Part shown: one piece after another, positions 26,275 to 34,400 of the stretch
Layout: each line of letters starts with the position of its first letter
Position numbering within the stretch: position 1 is the first letter of the stretch
Origin: Chitinophagales bacterium
GTDB lineage: Bacteria; Bacteroidota; Bacteroidia; Chitinophagales; LD1
Assembly: GCA_044226285.1 (NCBI GenBank)
Contig: JBGAHI010000009.1
Span: 69,014 to 133,013, forward strand
Length of the DNA: 64,000 nt
Reading direction: 5' to 3'
The notes under the pieces: generated by a model
Told to the model about the DNA's origin: nothing
What the model saw: the letters and a program-made list of their open reading frames with translations, nothing else
The model's database searches: none
Made by a program: the position numbers and the translations under genes

Positions 26275-27945
26275 TTAGTTTTTCGGTAACAAGGCTAATT
26301 CTTTTTGACAAACATTCCAAAGCTGGTACCCGCCCGACAAGTTGAAGACCTGAGCAAAATCATGTTGTAAAAGGATGCGTTGCGCCAAATAGCCTCTTAA
26401 ACCTGCGGCACAATAAATATAAATGGCTTTACCGGTTGGAATTTCTCCAATTCTTCCACGAATTTCATCTACAGGGATGTGTAGCGCATTTGGAATGATA
26501 CCTGCGTCTACTTCCTTTTGTGTACGTACATCTAACAACACCACATCTGAAGGTAATGTTGCGATTTCATCCCAATAAAACACTTTTGCTTTGTCTAATA
26601 GAATGTTTTCAGCGGCAAAAGCAGCAATATTTACAGGATCTTTTGCTGAAGAATAAGGTGGAGCATATGCATGTTCAAATTCAGTAAGTTCATTAATGTT
26701 ACTATTGCGTTTAATAACAGAAGCCAAAACATCCATTCGTTTGTCAACACCTTCGAAACCCGCTATCTGTGCACTCAATAATCGCCCATCTTCAGGTGAA
26801 AAAGCAATTTGAATGCTCATTTGTTTTGCACCTGGGTAATAGCCGGCATGAGAACCATTATGTGTGGTGGAAACAATATGTTTTATGCCTGCTGCCTTCA
26901 AATGCTTAACGGCAGTGCCTGCTGTGGCCACAGTCATGTCAAAAACCTTTACAATGGCGGTGTTAATGGCTCCGTGATAGCTGTGTTTATTGCCAAGCGC
27001 AATATTGTTCGCACAGATTCTACCTTGCTTATTCGCAGGACCGGCAAGGTAAGTAATCATGGCTTGTCCGGTTATTGGATTGCTGAATTCGATAGCATCT
27101 CCAACAGCATAAATATTAGGATCGGAAGTTTGTAAATATTCATTTACCCAAATGCCACGGGCATCGCCTATCTTCAATCCCGCATTCACAGCTAACTTAG
27201 TATCCGGTTTTACGCCAATCGAAAGTATTACCACATCTGCATCAAGAACATTCCCATTTTTCAATTGTACTTTCAATCCTGCGTCTGTTCGCTCGAAGCC
27301 TGCAACGGCCGTATTTAAAAGCAGTTCAACACCTTTGCTGCGAATGTGTTGTTGCAATAATGCAGCAATAGGATAATCTACCGGCACTAACACTTGGTTG
27401 GCCATTTCTACTATTGATACTTGAAGTCCCAATTCGTGCAAGTTTTCCGCCATTTCCAAACCAATAAATCCTGCACCAATCACTACGGCTTTCTTTACTT
27501 CTTTTTGCTGAACAAACTTTTTGATATAGTCGGTATCATTCACATTGCGAAGGGTGAAGATGCCTTCATTCACAATCCCAGGCAGTGGCGGACGAACAGG
27601 CTCAGCACCCGGTGAAAGCACCAATTTGTCGTAGCTTTCAGTGTATTCTTCTCCCGTAAATTGATTCTTGGCTACAATCGTTTTTGCAGCAGCATCGATT
27701 GACATTACCTCTGTTTGTGTTCTAACATCAATATTGAATCGCTTATTGAATGCAGCTGCAGTTTGCACAAATAACGCATTTCGATCCTTAATTACATCTC
27801 CTATATAATAGGGCAATCCGCAATTCGCATAAGAAATGTATTCTCCTTTTTCGAAAAGCAATATTTCTGCTTTTTCATCTAATCTTCTCAATCTTGCTGC
27901 TGTACTGGCTCCACCGGCCACAGCGCCTACTATAATATATTTCAT
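26275..27945 (-). CDS. CoA-disulfide/persulfide reductase-type FAD oxidoreductase fused to a C-terminal rhodanese domain (CoADR-RHD)
   Basis: 556 aa. It has the FAD motif GAVAGGAS, the redox Cys in SYANCGLPYYIG, and a C-terminal rhodanese active-site loop YCAAGLRGY. Confidence 0.88.
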   Translation of the reverse strand: MKYIIVGAVAGGASTAARLRRLDEKAEILLFEKGEYISYANCGLPYYIGDVIKDRNALFVQTAAAFNKRFNIDVRTQTEVMSIDAAAKTIVAKNQFTGEEYTESYDKLVLSPGAEPVRPPLPGIVNEGIFTLRNVNDTDYIKKFVQQKEVKKAVVIGAGFIGLEMAENLHELGLQVSIVEMANQVLVPVDYPIAALLQQHIRSKGVELLLNTAVAGFERTDAGLKVQLKNGNVLDADVVILSIGVKPDTKLAVNAGLKIGDARGIWVNEYLQTSDPNIYAVGDAIEFSNPITGQAMITYLAGPANKQGRICANNIALGNKHSYHGAINTAIVKVFDMTVATAGTAVKHLKAAGIKHIVSTTHNGSHAGYYPGAKQMSIQIAFSPEDGRLLSAQIAGFEGVDKRMDVLASVIKRNSNINELTEFEHAYAPPYSSAKDPVNIAAFAAENILLDKAKVFYWDEIATLPSDVVLLDVRTQKEVDAGIIPNALHIPVDEIRGRIGEIPTGKAIYIYCAAGLRGYLAQRILLQHDFAQVFNLSGGYQLWNVCQKELALLPKN

Positions 27946-27995
27946 TGGTCTTTAAATAATTTATAGAACAAATTTATGCTCTGTCATTGGCTTAA

Positions 27996-28015
27996 TGTGT
28001 AACAATTGTCACACA
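27996..28015. promoter_or_regulatory. CRP/FNR-type palindromic operator candidate TGTGTAACAATTGTCACACA
   Basis: 18 of 20 positions are self-complementary. The core TGTAA-N6-TCACA is one base from TGTGA-N6-TCACA. It lies 51 bp upstream of the CoADR-RHD start codon. Confidence 0.4.
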
Positions 28016-28029
28016 TACTTTTACAATAA

Positions 28030-28881
28030 TCAATCTTCAATTAAAATGCCCATTTTACCTATTCTTAAATCGCGATAGGCTTCCATAATTTCAGTTTGCG
28101 TATTCATCACAAATGGTCCGTGTGTTGCAATTTTTTCGCCAATGGGTTCACCGCTCATAAATAAGGCTCTAGTGTTTTCTAATCCTTCCATCTGAATGCC
28201 ATCGCCATCATTATTCAAAACTACCATGTGCAAGCCTTCTACTGTTGTTGTTTCGTTTAGTTTTAATTTACCATCTAACAAATACAAAAATGCGTTATGT
28301 CCTTGTGGAATTGGCAGTAATAATTTTCCATTTGGCTGAATATGAAGCGAAGCCGATTGTATAGCTGTGATGGTGGGTATTGGACCTTGAATGCCAAACA
28401 AGCTTCCGGTTACAATATTCACTTCCACTAATTTGTCTTCTGTCAAATACTGAGGTGTATTTTCTTTTTCCAACGGAAAATAAAATGGCGCATCCATCTT
28501 GTTTTTGGCAGGCGAATTAATCCACATTTGAATGATTTCCATTTCGTGTTCCAAAGGACGTTCGCTATGCATTATGCCCATGCCTGAATTCATCCATTGC
28601 GTGCCACCGGCATATACTTTATGATCGTTACCTCTACTATCCCGATGGCGTGTACCACCTTTAAACACGAAGGTTACAGGCGAAAATCCGCGATGGGGGT
28701 GAGGTCCAACACCGGCATGTTTTAAATCAATGCTTGGGTCGAGCACTAAATGTCCGTGATGTAAAAGCACGAATGGATCCAAATATTCAATTGCGCTTGA
28801 AGGCAATGATTGTCGGACTTGTATGTCGCCCATGTTAAGCAATGGTGCGTAGATTGTTTTATAGATTGATCTGTTTTGCAT
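28030..28881 (-). CDS. Pirin-family protein (bicupin)
   Basis: 283 aa with the metal-binding motif GPHPHRGFSPVTFVF.... Confidence 0.9.
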   Translation of the reverse strand: MQNRSIYKTIYAPLLNMGDIQVRQSLPSSAIEYLDPFVLLHHGHLVLDPSIDLKHAGVGPHPHRGFSPVTFVFKGGTRHRDSRGNDHKVYAGGTQWMNSGMGIMHSERPLEHEMEIIQMWINSPAKNKMDAPFYFPLEKENTPQYLTEDKLVEVNIVTGSLFGIQGPIPTITAIQSASLHIQPNGKLLLPIPQGHNAFLYLLDGKLKLNETTTVEGLHMVVLNNDGDGIQMEGLENTRALFMSGEPIGEKIATHGPFVMNTQTEIMEAYRDLRIGKMGILIED

Positions 28882-28943
28882 GATTACTTTATTGTTTGAA
28901 ATCTACGACTTAATCGTTAATCAAGCTTTTCATTTAGCAAGAA

Positions 28944-29300
28944 TTAGGAATGATATACTCTCGAGGCCGTAATTTCTCCATTATTGATTACCAATACTTC
29001 ACCAACGCGCAAATCAGCTTCATTGGGTGTTTGGCGAATATATTCCATGAATACCTGTTTTTCATCGGCAGTGAGCTGCAGTACTTCGTAATGGAGTTCG
29101 GGAAGTCGATCAAATGCATCTGTCCACCATGCTCTTAATGCTGCTTTTCCTCGAATTAAGCCATTGGTTTCAGGTTGATGTACTTTAAGTTTAGGACTAT
29201 AATGTTCGGCCTCTTCGCTATACAATGCCAACAATTTTTCAATGTTATGTGCATTGAACGCTTCAAACCATTGATTTGCGATGAGTTTTAGTTGATTCAT
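28944..29300 (-). CDS. SnoaL-like/NTF2-fold protein
   Basis: 118 aa. The start, MNQLKLIANQWFEAFNAHNIEKLLALYSEEAEHYSP, is typical of the SnoaL/NTF2-like family. Confidence 0.7.
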   Translation of the reverse strand: MNQLKLIANQWFEAFNAHNIEKLLALYSEEAEHYSPKLKVHQPETNGLIRGKAALRAWWTDAFDRLPELHYEVLQLTADEKQVFMEYIRQTPNEADLRVGEVLVINNGEITASRVYHS

Positions 29301-29348
29301 GAGAATAGCTTTTTATTTCTTTTGATAAAGATTGTAATTTGAAACGGC

Positions 29349-29576
29349 TCAAATTTTTTTCACATCAATAATACTCACCGGGCAGTTTCTTTTGGCATTT
29401 TCATTCTCTTCAAATTCCCAATCTTCAATATCTACCATGTGGATGCCTTTTTTGATGATGGCACCTACCAATATCGCACGACCGTCTTTTCGGGAAACAA
29501 TCCAACGTTTTGGTGCTGCTTCCACACAAGCATTACAGCCAATGCACTTGTTTCGATATTGAATGATTTTGTACAT
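29349..29576 (-). CDS. Small single-cluster ferredoxin
   Basis: 75 aa. The pattern CIGCNAC...CP is that of a mono-[4Fe-4S]/[3Fe-4S] ferredoxin. Its start lies 2 nt after the stop of the upstream U32 gene. Confidence 0.8.
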   Translation of the reverse strand: MYKIIQYRNKCIGCNACVEAAPKRWIVSRKDGRAILVGAIIKKGIHMVDIEDWEFEENENAKRNCPVSIIDVKKI

Positions 29577-29578
29577 GT

Positions 29579-30859
29579 TTAAGCTTCAACAATTTTGTAG
29601 AGCTTGTCAGATGGACGAATTTTTTCGCCCACTTTAAAGGAGAACGTATCGCCTTTGCCAACTTGGCTCACGGGCTTGTCATCTAATCGCAACTCTTCAA
29701 TTGTGGTTTCAATATAACCCGTTGTTGGTCCCGTAATCATCACTCTATCGCCAACTTCCAATTGATTGCTTTCACCTTTGAATTCACCAATAGCTGCTTT
29801 CGAAAAATACTTCACTCCTTTGCCAATGTATATTTTTTTCTGTGTTGATTTTGATCCGTATTCGTTATTCCATTCCCCCATTTTCTTGCCCAAATAGTAT
29901 CCATCCCAAAATCCACGATTGTACACTGTGGCTAATCTTGTTTTCCAATCTTCAATTTTTGCTTGTGTATAGGTGCCATCTAAATAGGCGTCAATCGCTT
30001 CTCTGTAGCATTTCGTTGCAGTGTATACATAATCGGCAGATCGTCCGCGGCCTTCAATTTTCATTACACAAACGCCTGAATCAATTATCTTATCAAGGAA
30101 ATCGATGGTGCATAAATCTTTGGCCGACATGATGTACTCATTGTCTACTTCAAATTCAATACCTTCTTCTTTATCGGTTACCACATAACTTCTTCTACAA
30201 TTTTGAATACAAGCTCCGCGATTGGCAGAAGCATAATGCGAATGCAAACTCAAATAGCATTTGCCTGAAACAGCCATACACAACGCACCATGCACAAAAA
30301 TTTCCACTTGCATTAATTTCCCGGATGGCCCTGTTATATTTTTTCGTTTAATATTGGCGCAAATATCAGCTACTTGTTTTAAACTGAGTTCTCGTGCAAG
30401 TACAACAACATCAGCAAAAGTGCTGTAAAATTCAATGGTTTCAACGTTGGACACATTGGCTTGTGTGGAAATATGCACTTCTACCCCTTCTTTAAAAGCA
30501 CAGTTGATAGCCGCATGATCTGATGCGATAATGGCCGTAATATTGCTCTTTTTAGCCGCTTGTACAATGCTTTTCATGAGGCGAATATCGTGGTCGTACA
30601 GCACCGTATTGAGCGTGAGATAGGTTTTTACATTATTTGCTTTTCCTATCTCCGCAATTTTATCTAAATCGGCCAATGTGAAATTGTTGGTGGAACGTGC
30701 GCGCATATTCAATTGCTCTACACCAAAGTAAACGGAATTGCAACCCGCTTTTATTGCGGCCATCATCGATTCATACGAACCGGCCGGTGCCATTAATTCG
30801 ATGGCTGAAGAAGCGTTGTTTTTCGATATAACGACTGTTTCTTTTTGAGTATCGGACAT
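29579..30859 (-). CDS. Peptidase-U32-family protein (TrhP/YegQ/PrtC-like; probably an Fe-S hydroxylase-type enzyme rather than a protease)
   Basis: 426 aa. It has the U32 core (ELMAPAGS..., conserved Cys-rich region GALCMAVSGKCYLS...CIQNCR) and a C-terminal beta-barrel. Confidence 0.85.
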   Translation of the reverse strand: MSDTQKETVVISKNNASSAIELMAPAGSYESMMAAIKAGCNSVYFGVEQLNMRARSTNNFTLADLDKIAEIGKANNVKTYLTLNTVLYDHDIRLMKSIVQAAKKSNITAIIASDHAAINCAFKEGVEVHISTQANVSNVETIEFYSTFADVVVLARELSLKQVADICANIKRKNITGPSGKLMQVEIFVHGALCMAVSGKCYLSLHSHYASANRGACIQNCRRSYVVTDKEEGIEFEVDNEYIMSAKDLCTIDFLDKIIDSGVCVMKIEGRGRSADYVYTATKCYREAIDAYLDGTYTQAKIEDWKTRLATVYNRGFWDGYYLGKKMGEWNNEYGSKSTQKKIYIGKGVKYFSKAAIGEFKGESNQLEVGDRVMITGPTTGYIETTIEELRLDDKPVSQVGKGDTFSFKVGEKIRPSDKLYKIVEA

Positions 30860-31020
30860 GTTGTTCCTTTTTAGGGGTGCGAATATAATTTATAGCTAGA
30901 TGTAATTCCCTAATTTTCATCATATTCATTCTTTTCGATTGCTTCTAATCATTTTTTAATTGCCTTTCATGCGATAAAAAGCTAAATTCGTTTAAACATT
31001 AAACAAAACAGTTTACAAAA

Positions 31021-31371
31021 ATGAAAAAAATATATGTCGCCTGCTTCGCTTTGGCCATTATTGCAGGATGTAAAAAGGATGCTATTACCACTTACGATTG
31101 TACAGGAGTAGCACCAACGTATACGGTTGATATTAAACCAATTTTGGATGCTAATTGTGCTACATCTAGCTGCCATAGCGCTACTGCCAAAAAAGAAGGT
31201 TACGATTTAAGTTCTTATTCGACTTCAAAAAGTGCTAGTGGAAAATCGGCATTTCTTGGTTCAATTCAACATAAATCAGGTTATAAAGCCATGCCTGAGG
31301 GTAGAGCGGCTCTTGATGAGGCGGATATTAAATTAATTTCTTGTTGGGTACAAAATGGTGCTCCTCAATAG
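31021..31371 (+). CDS. Small lipoprotein with a PSCyt1-like (planctomycete cytochrome c-like) domain carrying CX4CH
   Basis: 116 aa with the lipobox AIIAGCKK. The core VDIKPILDANCATSSCH...MPEG...LDEADIKLISCWVQNGAPQ mirrors the PSCyt1 pattern (C..CH ... MPP ... L...E...I..WI..GA). Confidence 0.6.
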   Translation: MKKIYVACFALAIIAGCKKDAITTYDCTGVAPTYTVDIKPILDANCATSSCHSATAKKEGYDLSSYSTSKSASGKSAFLGSIQHKSGYKAMPEGRAALDEADIKLISCWVQNGAPQ

Positions 31372-31390
31372 TATTTAGTGTTCTGATAAA

Positions 31391-31427
31391 CGAAAACGCC
31401 CTGTATCATTGATACAGGGCGTTTTCG
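31391..31427. terminator. Bidirectional rho-independent terminator
   Basis: CGAAAACGCCCTGTATC-ATT-GATACAGGGCGTTTTCG is a perfect 17-bp stem. It has A/T runs on both sides and lies between convergent genes. Confidence 0.85.
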
Positions 31428-31446
31428 TTATATTTTCTTTCTTCCC

Positions 31447-34400
31447 CTACCTCAAAATAGTTATCGACCCATTTTGATTAGACTCGGAGTGATTATCGAG
31501 GAAAGTGAGGTTGAGGGTGTAGACATAAACCCCCGGTTCGAGGTATACGCCTTTGTATCGACCATCCCATTGGAAGAAGATGTCTTTAGACTCGTATACT
31601 TTTTCGCCCCATCGGTTGAAAACAGCAATATCGAGGAACTTGAGGGCATCTTTGTTACCGAAGATTTCAAAGATATCGTTGATGTTATCCGCATTCGGAG
31701 TGAAAGCATTCGGGATGTAGAGTTTGTAGTTCGGGATAACGGTCACCGGCAAACGAACCGCAGTAGAACATACTTTGCCGTGTGGAGCCGAAGATGCAGT
31801 AATCACATAAGCGGTACTGTTGTATACTTGAATTTCGTTGCTATTGCAATCGGTGCAACCTAGTCCTGTTGCAGGCGACCAGTTGAAGACCGCATCGCTG
31901 TAATTAGAAGAAGCTGTAATGATTTGCCCTTCACCTAAGTTAAGCACTAAAGAATCCACCGGACTTAAGGTAATCTCCACGGCATCAGGCTGTGTAACGG
32001 TAAGGGTAGTCGCTGTAGAACAACCGTTCACATCGGTTACGGTAACGGTATAGTTTGCAGCCGGTAGTCCGCTGATCGAGCCTGTAGAGTTGGTTACGCC
32101 ATTACTAAAGGCAAAACTGTAACCTGAAGCCCCACCGGAAGCTAAAGCACTAATGGCACCGTTGCTTTCCCCAAAACACTTCACGGTATCAAAAGTAGCG
32201 GTAATGGCAATAGCACTAGGTTCTGTAATGGTTACGGAACTTGTAGTCGGACAACCCTTACTGTCGGTCACACGGATGTTGTAAGTACCCGCTAAAAGTC
32301 CACTGAAGAAACCATTAGGGGAAGCGCTGTACACGCCACCGTTTTCAAGCTCTAAGGTATAAGCAGGTGTTCCTCCTGAAGCACTCAGCTGCACCGTACC
32401 TTTTGCATCGCCAAAACATGGTTCGTTGGTATGGGTCTCAGCAAGACCCACAGCCGTAGGAGAAGTCACTATAGCCGAAGCGGTTACCGAACAAGCCAGC
32501 GAATCAGAGACCGTAATGGTATACGTTCCGGCAATTAAACCAGAAGCCGCATTCGTAGTAGAAACATTTGGATTCCAAGTGTAGACATAACCTGAAGAAG
32601 CAGGCGTTCCCCCGGCCGCATTCACCGCTACTGATCCATCACTACCGGCATTACAAGTAGTGGCTACGGCTACAGCCGAAGCAGTTAAAGCAGCCGGCTC
32701 GGTAATGGCAAAGGTTGTATTCACCGAGCAACCGTGACTGTCGGTAATGGTAACAGAATAACCACCCAAACTTAAACCGGAAGCCGTGGCTGAAGAAGAA
32801 ACATTTGGATTCCAAGTATACGAATAGCCAATAGTACCACCTTGCGCCACCACAGTAGCCGAACCGTTGTTACCGCCAAAACAAGATACATTGGTTTGCG
32901 TTTGACTGAGCACGGAAAGCGGCTGAGCCGGCTGCGTAAGGGTAACACTGTTGGTCACCGAACAACCTTTTGCATCTGTAATCGTTACGTCATAGGTTCC
33001 TGCATCTAAGTTGATAGCAGAATCAATAGTGCTGGATGCGTTAGCCGACCACGTAAAAGTATATGGAGCCGTTCCCCCCGAAGTCGTGTACACAATACGT
33101 CCGTCATTCACCCCACCATTACATTGCTTATCTAGCGAAGATACGGTGTAACTCAAAGCAGAAGCAGGTTGTGTTAAAGTAACGGTAACGGTAGCACTAC
33201 AACTGTTATCATCGGTTACCGTAACCGCATAACTTCCTGCACCAAGCGAAGAAGCAGAAGAAGTAGTAGATACATTCGGACTCCACGTATAATTATAAGC
33301 CCCTGCAGCCGTTCCTCCGGACACTGAGAGTACAACACTTCCGGTTGTAGCGCCAAAGCAGTTTACATCCGTCTGCGAAGGCGAAATGGCAACAGCAGTA
33401 GGTTGATTGATGGTTCCTGTAGCGGTTTGCTTACACGAAGCTAAATCGGTAGCAGTAACGGTATAGGTACCGGCCACCGGAGTAATGGTTTGCCCCACTC
33501 CACTATTGCTCCAAGCGAAGGTAAATGGCCCTGCACCGGAAGGATTAGCAGTAGCTGAACCATTGCCCCCAAAACAAGTTGCATCCACAGCGGTAACGGT
33601 CATTACCGGAGAAGCAGGCTCGGTGATAGTGGTACTACCTGACAAGGTACACGAGTTCGCATCGGTAGCGGTTACATCATAAGTACCCGAAGTGAGTCCT
33701 GTACGATTTGGAGGCAATACTCCACCCGGATTCCAGTTGTAGGAAACAACCCCAGTTGCATTCACAAAGTTAGCGGTGGCGGTAGCAGTAGCTCCCCCGA
33801 AGCAAACGTTGTTGGTGCTTGTGAGCGAAAGACTTTGTACAGCAGGTTCAGTAACGGTTTCAGATACCGCCACAAAGCACGATTTATTGTCTACGATATT
33901 TCCTGCATAAGTACCTGCAGCAAGGGAAGGAATAGTAGTGGTCCCTGCCGGAATCGGATTGCCCAGATAAGTATAAGGCGGAGTACCACCTGAAATAGTA
34001 ATGGTGACTGTACCATCCGACCCACCATGACATTTTACATCGGTGTGGGATGTGGTAACAGAGAGAGCAGCCGCAGGCTGCGAAAGGGTAATGGTATCAT
34101 ACACACTACAGCTGTTGTTATCGGAAACAGTTAAATAGTAAGTGCCTGAAGCAAGACCTGTAGGTGCAGCTCCTGAAGCAGTAGCCGGATTCCAAGTGTA
34201 GGTATAAGCAGGTGTTCCACCACTCACATTGGTAGTGATGCTACCGGTGGAGTTGCCAAAACAATCAATATTTGAAGACGTGAATGGATGCACAATGGCT
34301 GTAGGTTCAGTAATAGTCGTTGTTCCCGAAACAGTACACAAGTTGGCATCAGTAGCCGTTACATCATAAGTACCCGAAGTAAGTCCTGTACGATTTGGAG

